From contig JAIPHA010000006.1 of NCBI GenBank assembly GCA_021735445.1, positions 1 to 57,493 of the forward strand: 57,493 nt of DNA, given 5' to 3'. The stretch is from Candidatus Omnitrophota bacterium. Its GTDB lineage: Bacteria; Omnitrophota; Gorgyraeia; Duberdicusellales; 4484-171. The position numbers and the translations under genes were made by a program. Positions 26,369-35,313 of the stretch are shown piece by piece. Numbering within the stretch: position 1 is the first letter of the stretch; every line of letters begins with the position of its first letter. Under the pieces are notes generated by a model. The model did no database searches and was not told where the DNA came from. It was given only the letters and a program-made list of their open reading frames with translations.

Positions 26369-27911
26369 CGACTCTAGGGAAAAGAGGCTTTTCTTTTTTT
26401 ATTAAAAACCGGCCTTCACTGCCCCATTTAAGTTTTTCTCCGGAAAAAGAAACATCCTTTACCCCCAGCTGTTTTTGAATCGAAAAAGAAGTCTTTGGCA
26501 TAATTGGATAAAGATAAATTGAAATAATCCGAATTCCTTCACAGAGAGCATAAAGAAAAGAAAGTAACTCTTTTTCCTTTTTCTCCTTTTTTAAATTCCA
26601 AGGCTTGGTGGTTTCGATATATTTATTAATAATTCCGATAAGCGCAAAAATATCGTCTAAAGCCTTGGAAAACCGGCCTGCGGCCATAAAATCGTCATAA
26701 TATTTTTCCAGATTAAGAATGCTTTTTCTGAATTCAGAAGGCATCTCCCCTCCGGAAGCCGCAACACTTCCTTTATTATATTTTTGAACCATATTAATAC
26801 TACGGTAAACAAGATTGCCTAAATCGTTGGCAAGGTCAGAGTTAATACGCTCTATTAAAATTTCTAAAGAAAAATTGCCATCTGCCCCTACCGGAATCTC
26901 TCTCATCAAAAAATACCTGAATGCATCGGCTGACAAAGCTTCGTCTATGCCTAAAAGCTCGCTTAATTGCTTAATTAAATCAAAAGGATTTACGATGTTG
27001 CCTTTTGATTTAGAAATTTTTTCTTCCTTTATCTTCCACCACCCATGGGCAAAAATACATCCGGGAATTTCCAGGCCCAAGGCTTTTAGCATAATCGGCC
27101 AAAAAATTGCATGATGCCTTAAAATATCTTTCCCGATAAAATGGATATCTGCCGGCCAAAATGTATTAAATTTTTCTGAATCAATTCCATACTCTATTCC
27201 GCTGATATAATTAATTAATGCATCAAACCAAACATAAACTACATAGTTTTTATCTATGGGCAAATCTATTCCCCAAGAAACTCTTTTTTTGGGCCGGGAT
27301 ATGCAGAGATCCGTCAAAGGATGGCCGTCTAAAAACTTCTTTACCTCATTATAACGAATTTTAGGCCGGATAAATTCAGGGTTGCCCTCTAGGTGCTCCT
27401 TAAACCACCGTTGGTATTTAGATAATTTAAAAAAATAGTTTTCTTCTTCTATCTTTTCGGTTTGCCGCCGGCACTCTGGGCATTTATCGGTGTCAACAAG
27501 CTGCAAACTGGTCCAGAAAGTTTCACAACCAACACAATAAAAAGCACTGTATTTCGATTTATAAATATCTCCTTTTTCATAAAGCTTTTCTATAACTTTG
27601 CTGACTACCTCACAATGTTGCTGCCAGCTAGTGCGGATAAAAAAATCATAAGATATATTAAGCTTTGGCCATAAACGTTTAAAAACATCTACCTTGTTAT
27701 CGATAAAACTTTCAATGCTAACACCTTCTGCATTGGCGGCTTTTTGAATTTTTTCGCCATGCTCGTCGGTGCCGGTAAGAAAAAATACATTTTCGCCTTT
27801 GATTCTTCTAAAGCGGGCTAAACAATCACAAATAATATTTGTATAAGCATGGCCAATATGAGGGTTAGCGTTTACATAATAAATAGGCGAAGTTAAATAA
27901 AATTTTTTCAT
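26358..27911 (-). CDS. metG: Methionyl-tRNA synthetase (short form without C-terminal OB domain)
   Basis: PIYYVN..PHIGHAY, TGTDEHG, YVWFDAL.NY, GKDI.RHH, KISKS. Confidence 0.97.
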   Translation of the reverse strand: MKKFYLTSPIYYVNANPHIGHAYTNIICDCLARFRRIKGENVFFLTGTDEHGEKIQKAANAEGVSIESFIDNKVDVFKRLWPKLNISYDFFIRTSWQQHCEVVSKVIEKLYEKGDIYKSKYSAFYCVGCETFWTSLQLVDTDKCPECRRQTEKIEEENYFFKLSKYQRWFKEHLEGNPEFIRPKIRYNEVKKFLDGHPLTDLCISRPKKRVSWGIDLPIDKNYVVYVWFDALINYISGIEYGIDSEKFNTFWPADIHFIGKDILRHHAIFWPIMLKALGLEIPGCIFAHGWWKIKEEKISKSKGNIVNPFDLIKQLSELLGIDEALSADAFRYFLMREIPVGADGNFSLEILIERINSDLANDLGNLVYRSINMVQKYNKGSVAASGGEMPSEFRKSILNLEKYYDDFMAAGRFSKALDDIFALIGIINKYIETTKPWNLKKEKKEKELLSFLYALCEGIRIISIYLYPIMPKTSFSIQKQLGVKDVSFSGEKLKWGSEGRFLIKKEKPLFPRVDVS

Positions 27912-27914
27912 ATT

Positions 27915-28694
27915 TTAAAATTGTACTTTCTCTATCCTGTTATCTTCTACCTCTAGATAAACAATTCTTTTTAGGACATTAACTGAAATTACTTTTCCTT
28001 TACCTTGTTTGGTGGTAATCCGCTGCCCCTCTTTGGGAAGATTTTTAGATAAGCTCTTATAAATTTTATGCTCGTAAGAAAGGCAGCACATTAGCCTTCC
28101 GCATATACCAGAAATTTTTCCCGAACCTAAGGGGAGTTTTTGGATTTTTGCCATTTTCATAGTAACCGGTTCAAAATTCTTCAGAAACCGGCAGCAACAG
28201 AGCTGTTGCCCGCACGGCCCGAATCCTCCAAATAATTTGGCTTCATCCCGGGCGCCAATCTGGCGCATCTCGATCCTTACTTTAAATACTTTTGCCAACT
28301 CTTTAACCAGCTCCCGGAAATCAACTCTTTTATCGGAAATAAAATAAAAAATAAGCTTTTTCTTATCAAAAGAATACTCTGTGTCTACTAATTTCATAGC
28401 CAGATTGTAGTCTTTTATCTTTCGCTGGCAAAGCTTCATAGCATCTTGCGCTTCTTTTTGATTCACCACAAGCACCTTTTTATCCTGCTCCAACATCTTT
28501 CTAATAATATTTTTGTAATTATTAGCCTTCTTGGCAGGAAGGAGCTGTTCTATTTCATTTATCTCAAGCACTTCTCCATAATCCTTGCCCCGGTCAGCTT
28601 CCACTACAACATAATCATGAACTTTTATCGATAAATTTGCTTTATAAGTAGTCAACTGCCCCGCTTCTCTTAACCTTACTAATACTAATTGCAT
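27915..28694 (-). CDS. ricT: PSP1-domain protein, RicT/YaaT family
   Basis: RVDFRELVK.LA, RIEMRQIG.RDEA, GPCG..LCC, KISG.CGRLMCCL.YE. Confidence 0.92.
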   Translation of the reverse strand: MQLVLVRLREAGQLTTYKANLSIKVHDYVVVEADRGKDYGEVLEINEIEQLLPAKKANNYKNIIRKMLEQDKKVLVVNQKEAQDAMKLCQRKIKDYNLAMKLVDTEYSFDKKKLIFYFISDKRVDFRELVKELAKVFKVRIEMRQIGARDEAKLFGGFGPCGQQLCCCRFLKNFEPVTMKMAKIQKLPLGSGKISGICGRLMCCLSYEHKIYKSLSKNLPKEGQRITTKQGKGKVISVNVLKRIVYLEVEDNRIEKVQF

Positions 28695-29452
28695 TTCAAC
28701 CCCATTTTAATTAAATTTATGGCTAAATTTATATTAACCGTACCGGAAGCCTGATAAATTTTAAATAATTTTTCTAACATAGTTACTGTTTCCTTGAAAT
28801 TTAAACCCGACAAGAAACCGTTTTCTGGCTGGCCAGTATAATTTATTTTATTCTTTAGGCGCTTATGTAATAATATAATAAGACTCTCTAAAAATAAAGA
28901 AAAATTTTTTCTCTTTTGCGGGCCAAAGTATCCGCTGCTCAAAGCAGCTATGAGATCATCTTCGGATTTAATAGCCTTATTTTCAAGATAAGGCAAATAT
29001 ATCTTCCGGCAACGAGAAATAATCGTAGGCAATACATCCTCTAATTTAGAACAAATAAGGCCGATAAAAGAATTATCGGGCGGCTCTTCTAAAGTCTTTA
29101 AAAAAAGATTAGCGGCTTCTTCGGTTAATTTTTGAGCGTCTTTAACCAGCAAAGTTTTTTTCGGCGCAAGATAGCTACTCCTGGACAAAAACCGGATAGC
29201 TTGCCTTATTTGATTAATTTTTATGCTTATCCCTTCCGGCTCAACAACCAGTAGGTCGGGATGTTTGAAGTCATCAAGCCTTTTGCAGCTCCAACACTGG
29301 CTGCAGTATTGGCTCGCTTCCTGGCAATTTATTATCTTTAACAACCGGCCGACAACCGCAAGATTATTGCCTATAAAAATATAAGACGGCCCTATAATTT
29401 TTTTCTGCTTTAAAATACTAAAATAACCGGTAATCTTTTCTTCTGGTCCCAT
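28685..29452 (-). CDS. holB: DNA polymerase III delta' subunit (divergent)
   Basis: C..C..C zinc module, HPD, AAN.FLKTLEEPP, LPTIISRC; holB-ricT-metG synteny. Confidence 0.85.
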   Translation of the reverse strand: MGPEEKITGYFSILKQKKIIGPSYIFIGNNLAVVGRLLKIINCQEASQYCSQCWSCKRLDDFKHPDLLVVEPEGISIKINQIRQAIRFLSRSSYLAPKKTLLVKDAQKLTEEAANLFLKTLEEPPDNSFIGLICSKLEDVLPTIISRCRKIYLPYLENKAIKSEDDLIAALSSGYFGPQKRKNFSLFLESLIILLHKRLKNKINYTGQPENGFLSGLNFKETVTMLEKLFKIYQASGTVNINLAINLIKMGLKCN

Positions 29453-29464
29453 ATCTTCTGAAAA

Positions 29465-32400
29465 TTAACATTTAGAATAGCCGCAAGCGTCACAGAGAAG
29501 GCATCCTTCCTGATGCCGGAGAGCAAAACCGCAATCCGGGCAAACCCCTACTACATTATGTGAAGCTTCTGCCAATTGTGCTTCTTTTTTTACCGGTACA
29601 CTATTTTCCCTCGGCTCAGCAAGGCTGTCTTCCTGGGAAGAAAGGCCTGCCTGTTTTTTGCTATCTTTATCTTTTCTTTCTTGATCCACCGCCCTTTTCT
29701 CCAATACCCGTGAAATAGCATCCGAACAAGAAAATATCTTTTTTCCCTTATCCCAGGAAGGAGAAGGGCACCTGATACCTTTGAGCTGCTCCACTATGAC
29801 TTTAATATCGATTCCTCCCCGCAAAGCAAGAGAGACTAACCGGCCTACAGCTTCAAGCTGAGAAGCAGCGCAGCCGCCGGCTTTACCCATCTGGGTGAAT
29901 ACTTCAAAAAAATGGCCATTTTCGTCTTGATTGAGAGTAATATATAAATTACCGCAGCCTGTGGTAACCTTGGTCGTCGTACCCAAAATCACCTCTGGCC
30001 TGGGTTTCGGATAAGGAACGAATCCTTGTTTTTTCTGTCCCGGTTCTTCTTTTTTGGCTTTTTCCTCTTTCTTGTTGATAGTTAAGACTTGTCCGCTTCT
30101 GCTCCCGTCTCTATAGACTGTAAGCCCTTTACAATTTAGCTTGTAAGCTAGCAGGTATGACTCCTTTACATCATCCAGCTCGGCAGTAGAGGCAAGGTTA
30201 ATCGTTTTAGAAACAGCATTATCGGTATATTCCTGAAAAGCGGCCTGCATTTTTATATGCCAAAAAGAAGAAATATCCATGGCAGTTTTAAATATTCGCT
30301 TAGCTTCATCCGGAACTTCATCGATTTTTTGAATACTCATGCCGGATGCGATTTTTTTCATAAGTTCTTTTGAATAAAATCCTTTCTTTTTTGCATAGTA
30401 TTCAAAAGCCGGGTCAACCTCTAACAGTTTTTCTCCGTCTAAAACATTACGAAAATAAGACAAGAAAAAATTAGGTTCTATCCCCGAAGAAGTAGGGCCG
30501 CTGATAATGCTTATCGTTCCGGTTGGGGCAATAGTGGTTAAGGTGGCATTCCTGATTCTTACCCCTTGCTTCTGCCAACGGCTGCCCTCCCAAGTGGGAA
30601 ATTCACCTTTCTTTTTAGCTAACCCAATAGAAACCTTTTGAGCCTCTTTTTGGATAAAACTCATTAACCGTTTAGCTAAATCAATAGCTTCTTTACTATC
30701 ATAAGGTATTTCTAAAAATCCAAGCATCGTAGCCCATCCCATAATGCCTAATCCGATTTTTCTGGTTTTTCTTGTATTTTCAGTAATTTGCGGCAAAGGA
30801 AACTTATTAGCATCGATAACATTATCGAGAAACCGGACGCTGATTCCGACAATATTTTTAAGCTTCTCCCAATCGACTTCAAAACCCTGGCCGGTTTTCT
30901 TAAGCATCTTATACAGGTTTATAGAACCTAAGTTGCAACTTTCATAGGGAAGCAGAGGTTGCTCGCCGCAATTATGAACTTTAAAACCATTAGCATCAAA
31001 CATATTTATACCAGGGATTTGCGCATCATAAACTTCTTTAGTACCATCAAACTCTATGCTCTCTACGGTAGCTAAAAAACGTTCTCTATTTAAATTTCTT
31101 CTATAATTTTGCAGATTTTTCCTTAATCGCTCCGCTTTTTGAGAATTTTTAAATCCTATCTTTTCAGAAAACTCAAAGATATTCTCTCCGGAAATTATAA
31201 GTTCATGTTGAGATTTAATAAAATATTCTTTGTATCCCCCTTTTCCATCCGGCATCAATTTATTACCTTGTTTACGTCGATGAGTATAAATTTTTGAAAA
31301 AATTCCAAATCGGATAAGAATCCTCTGCACGGATTTTAACAATGTTAAGTCGCTCTGAGAAAGCCTTATCGACACACCTTTTTCTTGCGTACCCTGCACT
31401 GATCCATCTGAATCAAACAACCCTCTTAAAAGACCTGAACAAAATTCTGAAGAACCCTTTTCTATTAGATTAGTTATTGTTTTAGAGCGAAATTTTAGTC
31501 CAGTTTTAGAACAAATATTTTTAAGAGACACCGGTGATAACCTGTATTCGTCTCTCGTTTTTATTTGACTCCACCCTTTAAAATCACTTCTGTGATTAAA
31601 AGGCTTAAGTACCGAAGATATAACAACTTTATCCTTTTTTATAGTTCCGTCGCCTAAAACCAGGCCTACTAAATATCCCTCATTAAAAGAAAAATCTCCC
31701 TGCCATCTATTTAAAAACTTATGATTATTTAAGAGAACTTTATCTCCTCTTTCAAGAGAATCTAAAGTAGCCCATTCACTCTTTATCTTATCCCTGCTCC
31801 GATAAACAACTTTTAAAAAAGGATGGTCTAGAGTGGTGCAAATATTAAAACCTTCTTTTGTTTTTAATTTATAGACAGGCTTAACTCCAGTCTGAAAAAA
31901 ACCTTCTGGTTGGCTTGCGTACTTTTTAGAATCAACTATAGCAGTAAATTTATTGCCCAATAGTTCTTTAACCTGTCTTGGGCCTTCTTCAGTCATTATC
32001 CAAGTATCAGAACTAACACATGGGTTGGTGCTTTCGACTTCCCCCAGGTTTGGGGTAGGATTATCTTTATTTATTTTATCGATAAATACTATTCCCGGCT
32101 CTCCATTATTATAGGCGCACTCAGCTATCCGGTTAAATACCTCAACAGCATCTAAGCTTCCTGCCACTTTTTTATTTTTGGGATTAATTAAATCATACTT
32201 TTGGCCGGCTAGGACCTTTTCTATAAAATCGTCGGTGATTGCCACTGAAATATTAAAATTAGCGATATCCCCGTCTTTGGCCTTACATCCGATAAAGCTT
32301 AAAATATCAGGATGGTCTACCCGCAGAATCCCCATATTCGCGCCGCGCCTTGTACCGCCTTGCTTAACCGCCTGCGTCGCCGAATCAAAAACTTTCATAA

Positions 32401-32860
32401 AAGATACCGGGCCGGAAGCCACCCCTCCGGTAGTTTTTACTACACTGCTTTGGGGGCGCAGCCGGGAAAAACTAAAACCGGTTCCGCCGCCGGTTTTATG
32501 AATAAGCGCAGTCGATTTTATCGCGTCAAAAATAGACTCCATCGAATCCTCTACCGGAACAACAAAACAAGCAGACAATTGCCCTAAATCTTTACCCGCG
32601 TTCATCAGAGTGGGCGAATTGGGCATAAATTCTAAATTTTTCATAGTTTGAAAAAAAACATTTTCTACATTTTTAATTTCTTCCCGGTTAGCTCCGTATT
32701 TTTGCTCAACCGCAGCAATAGACTTAGCCACACGTCCAAGCATCTGCTTAGGATTTTCAACTATCTGGCCTTTGCCATCTTTTCTCAAATACCTTCTCTT
32801 TAAGACAACGATAGCGTTTTCAGAAAAACCTAACTTCTGATCCATGACTGCCTCCTTCAC
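29465..32860 (-). CDS. nrdJ: Adenosylcobalamin-dependent (class II) ribonucleotide reductase with C-terminal TSCPD/zinc-ribbon region, interrupted by an intein
   Basis: FMPNSPTLMNAG, QLSACFV, GGGTGF, RRGANM, STNP-[intein]-CGEQPL, IAPTGTIS, KGLTVYRDGSR, C-terminal CPDCG...CDACGYSKC. Confidence 0.95.
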   Translation of the reverse strand: MKEAVMDQKLGFSENAIVVLKRRYLRKDGKGQIVENPKQMLGRVAKSIAAVEQKYGANREEIKNVENVFFQTMKNLEFMPNSPTLMNAGKDLGQLSACFVVPVEDSMESIFDAIKSTALIHKTGGGTGFSFSRLRPQSSVVKTTGGVASGPVSFMKVFDSATQAVKQGGTRRGANMGILRVDHPDILSFIGCKAKDGDIANFNISVAITDDFIEKVLAGQKYDLINPKNKKVAGSLDAVEVFNRIAECAYNNGEPGIVFIDKINKDNPTPNLGEVESTNPCVSSDTWIMTEEGPRQVKELLGNKFTAIVDSKKYASQPEGFFQTGVKPVYKLKTKEGFNICTTLDHPFLKVVYRSRDKIKSEWATLDSLERGDKVLLNNHKFLNRWQGDFSFNEGYLVGLVLGDGTIKKDKVVISSVLKPFNHRSDFKGWSQIKTRDEYRLSPVSLKNICSKTGLKFRSKTITNLIEKGSSEFCSGLLRGLFDSDGSVQGTQEKGVSIRLSQSDLTLLKSVQRILIRFGIFSKIYTHRRKQGNKLMPDGKGGYKEYFIKSQHELIISGENIFEFSEKIGFKNSQKAERLRKNLQNYRRNLNRERFLATVESIEFDGTKEVYDAQIPGINMFDANGFKVHNCGEQPLLPYESCNLGSINLYKMLKKTGQGFEVDWEKLKNIVGISVRFLDNVIDANKFPLPQITENTRKTRKIGLGIMGWATMLGFLEIPYDSKEAIDLAKRLMSFIQKEAQKVSIGLAKKKGEFPTWEGSRWQKQGVRIRNATLTTIAPTGTISIISGPTSSGIEPNFFLSYFRNVLDGEKLLEVDPAFEYYAKKKGFYSKELMKKIASGMSIQKIDEVPDEAKRIFKTAMDISSFWHIKMQAAFQEYTDNAVSKTINLASTAELDDVKESYLLAYKLNCKGLTVYRDGSRSGQVLTINKKEEKAKKEEPGQKKQGFVPYPKPRPEVILGTTTKVTTGCGNLYITLNQDENGHFFEVFTQMGKAGGCAASQLEAVGRLVSLALRGGIDIKVIVEQLKGIRCPSPSWDKGKKIFSCSDAISRVLEKRAVDQERKDKDSKKQAGLSSQEDSLAEPRENSVPVKKEAQLAEASHNVVGVCPDCGFALRHQEGCLLCDACGYSKC
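30971..32020 (-). mobile_element. Intein (350 aa) with LAGLIDADG homing-endonuclease domain, at the RNR active-site NP/CGE position
   Basis: Starts CVSSDT after STNP; block B TLDHPF; LAGLIDADG-like LVGLVLGDG and LRGLFDSDG; ends VYD...NGFKVHN followed by extein Cys; removal restores STNPCGEQ. Confidence 0.95.
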
Positions 32861-32936
32861 ATTTGACTTATTTAAAAAATATTGTTAAGTGAACTAAAGA
32901 TTTTGTGCCTGGTTGAATGGATTGAAACGATAAAAC

Positions 32937-32965
32937 CTTATATCATAAAAATAAAAATATGTCAA
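32937..32965 (-). promoter_or_regulatory. Probable sigma70 promoter of nrdJ
   Basis: TTGACA (32965-32960), 17 nt, TATAAG preceded by TG (extended -10). Confidence 0.6.
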
Positions 32966-32970
32966 GAAAA

Positions 32971-33018
32971 ATACCAAATATTGTGTATTTTTGCCGAAAA
33001 CTACACAACATATAGAAA
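32971..33018. promoter_or_regulatory. Tandem NrdR boxes
   Basis: 32971-32986 (reverse complement ACACAATATTTGGTAT) and 33003-33018 (ACACAACATATAGAAA) resemble acaCwAtATaTwGtgt, 32 bp apart, upstream of nrdJ. Confidence 0.8.
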
Positions 33019-33047
33019 ATATCTTTTGTTTCAAAAACCTAATTTAG

Positions 33048-34046
33048 CTACTTTTGAAAGCCCACCGTGTCTCGGATAACAAGCTTAGGCTCAAGAATAA
33101 CTTTTTGGGAAGGTAGTTCTTTATCGATATTTTGTTTTAATATTTTAACAGCTTCTTTAGCCATTCGGGTTAATGGCTGGCGCACAGTAGTTAGCATCAT
33201 ATTCTGAAAGGAAATGTTAGGATTATCATCAAACCCTATAACACTCAACTGTTCCGGGATTTCGATTGAATTTTCATCGGCAAAATTTAAAACCTCGCTT
33301 GCCACTTCATCGCTGCAGCAAAAAATAGCAGTGGGAAACTCTTTTGAAGAAAATAATTTATCAAGTTCCTCCCTGGCTCTTGCCCGGGAAAAATTCGTTA
33401 GGCAAACAGAATTCGGCCTTTCCTTTATCCCGTTTTTCTTCAAAGCCGCTTTAAACCCGTCTATCCTCTGGCAAGCGCATTGGACTTCGGTGTCTCCGGC
33501 TAAATGGACAATATTTTTATGCCCGTGGTCAATCAAAAATTCAGTAGCTTCATATGCGCCCTTATGGTTGTCGACTGCGACAAAATTTATATCCTCATCG
33601 GAAAGCTTTCTGTTTATTACCACAAGGGGAGTGCCTTCTTTTTTTAATCTTAAAAGTTGGTCTTTGTTGTCGATTAAATCTGCCATGATAACTCCGTCTA
33701 CCAAGGACGAATTAAAAATATCTCTATCCCGGTAAATATTAAGATGCATATCTATCTCTTTTTCATCCAAAGCCGCAGCCACTTCTCTGATGATTTTTAA
33801 AGCGTAAAAAGAATAAAATATACCCTGATAGCCCGGGATAATTAAACCAAAGGTATTAAGCCTTCCTCCGGCTAATCGACGGGCATAAACCAGAGGCCGG
33901 TAATCAAGTTCTTTTATAGCTTTTTCAATTTTACGGCGATTTTCTTCGCGTAAATGGAGAGATTTATTGATATAGCGGGAAACAGTGGCAATCGAAACAC
34001 CAGCCATTTTAGCCACTTCTTTGATGGTAACTTTAGATGAAGACAC
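33048..34046 (-). CDS. LacI-family transcriptional regulator
   Basis: VTIKEVAKMAGVSIATVSR HTH; periplasmic-binding-fold core (GHKNI, PTAIFC.SD, LSVIGFDD, LTTVRQP). Confidence 0.95.
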   Translation of the reverse strand: MSSSKVTIKEVAKMAGVSIATVSRYINKSLHLREENRRKIEKAIKELDYRPLVYARRLAGGRLNTFGLIIPGYQGIFYSFYALKIIREVAAALDEKEIDMHLNIYRDRDIFNSSLVDGVIMADLIDNKDQLLRLKKEGTPLVVINRKLSDEDINFVAVDNHKGAYEATEFLIDHGHKNIVHLAGDTEVQCACQRIDGFKAALKKNGIKERPNSVCLTNFSRARAREELDKLFSSKEFPTAIFCCSDEVASEVLNFADENSIEIPEQLSVIGFDDNPNISFQNMMLTTVRQPLTRMAKEAVKILKQNIDKELPSQKVILEPKLVIRDTVGFQK

Positions 34047-34052
34047 AAGAAC

Positions 34053-35216
34053 CTATCTGGTAATTACAATATCCCCTTCCTGGATATCAAAACCACCCAC
34101 AACTTCCTTTATATCTGCTGCGGATATATTTTTCCTAGTTTCAATAACCTCTATAGTGGCAATTTCACGATTACCCCTCATAACCTTAAGTAAGGCGCCT
34201 GGCCTTACTCCAGAAGCTTCGCCTAAATCAAAGACTACAAAGCGCTCCGGAGAATTAACCGCAATAATTTCCCCTTTCAGCCCGCTTGCGCTTGAAGAAT
34301 CCGAACTTACTACAATAGGGGGCAGCTCTACAGAACTAGACTCGCCGGCAGTTACCTTTTTACCTTCTTTTATTGTCTGGGTTAAATCAGTTTGTAGATC
34401 CTTGAAGTCTAAAGTTTTCTCACGCAAAATACTTTCAGCGTTAACTAATTTTTCTTCCAGCATGTTTTTCTTTTCCAAAGTTTCTTTAAGCCTATCCTGC
34501 AATTTACCTTTTTGCCTGTTCACGACTATTAACTCTCTTTTTAAACTGGAATTTTTATTTCTTAATTTTTTAACTTCCTCTACCGCCTGGCCTCTTTCTT
34601 CGCGCTCGGCTACCAAATCCATGCTGATAACCCGCAAAGCTCTTTGTTTATTTTTAATTTCCTGTTTTAACTCCTCACTTTTTTGTTCGTATCTATCCAG
34701 CTCTAAAGACATCTCTTCGTTGTCTCTGGTTACCTTTGCGAGTTCGCTTTGGGTATTGAGAATTTTCTTTTGGAGCTCATCGACCTTAGCCTCTAACTCA
34801 GCCTTTTGCTGGATAAAATCTGCCCAATAGTCATCGCTTCTTTCTGACTTTGAAAGCTTAGGCGCTTCTTTAACCTGGACCTCTTTAGGCCTTTCTTTAA
34901 GCTTCTCGGCTAACTGATCTCTTTCCCGGGCTGCCCGGCGGTACCTGTCTTCCAACTCACCCCTTTCTTCCTCAAGCCGGGAAAGCTCTTCATTCATAGC
35001 GCTAAGCCTTGTATTAAGCTCCCTGCTTCTTTCTTGGCTTCTTTGATTTCTTTGCTCTAAAACATTTTTTTCTTCTCGCAAAGAATTGTTAAGGCTTTCT
35101 AATTCCTGGTTCTCTTGTTTTATTCGTATATTCTGTACATAAAAATTATAAGCTACAAACCCAACCCCGAGAATAATAATTAACAAAACTATAGGAACGA
35201 TTTTTGCTTTATCCAT
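34053..35216 (-). CDS. Membrane-anchored long coiled-coil protein with C-terminal small beta domain
   Basis: N-terminal TM helix, ~250 aa E/K/Q/R-rich heptads, VELPPIVV linker, C-terminal GEIIAVN..RFVVFDLG...GV..G (reminiscent of FlgT C-terminal-like domains); SD GGGGAGG. Confidence 0.8.
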   Translation of the reverse strand: MDKAKIVPIVLLIIILGVGFVAYNFYVQNIRIKQENQELESLNNSLREEKNVLEQRNQRSQERSRELNTRLSAMNEELSRLEEERGELEDRYRRAARERDQLAEKLKERPKEVQVKEAPKLSKSERSDDYWADFIQQKAELEAKVDELQKKILNTQSELAKVTRDNEEMSLELDRYEQKSEELKQEIKNKQRALRVISMDLVAEREERGQAVEEVKKLRNKNSSLKRELIVVNRQKGKLQDRLKETLEKKNMLEEKLVNAESILREKTLDFKDLQTDLTQTIKEGKKVTAGESSSVELPPIVVSSDSSSASGLKGEIIAVNSPERFVVFDLGEASGVRPGALLKVMRGNREIATIEVIETRKNISAADIKEVVGGFDIQEGDIVITR

Positions 35217-35256
35217 TAAAGCCTCCCCTTTTTTTTATCGTTTTACTATTTTTTTA

Positions 35257-35285
35257 ATTATAGCATCGGCACTTATTTCTGTAAA
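35257..35285 (-). promoter_or_regulatory. Probable internal sigma70 promoter for the coiled-coil/LacI genes
   Basis: TTTACA, 17 nt, TATAAT with extended TG (TGCTATAAT). Confidence 0.6.
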
Positions 35286-35313
35286 GCAAATTGTTATAGT
35301 AATTTATAAAATA

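Noticed and set aside
32882-33079. 65-aa plus-strand ORF between nrdJ and lacI
   Set aside because: Covers the nrdJ promoter and NrdR boxes; TTG start without SD; no recognisable features
33985-34830. 281-aa plus-strand ORF
   Set aside because: Antisense shadow of the coiled-coil gene; S/L/F-rich composition is what reverse-complemented E/K codons give, and it has no motifs
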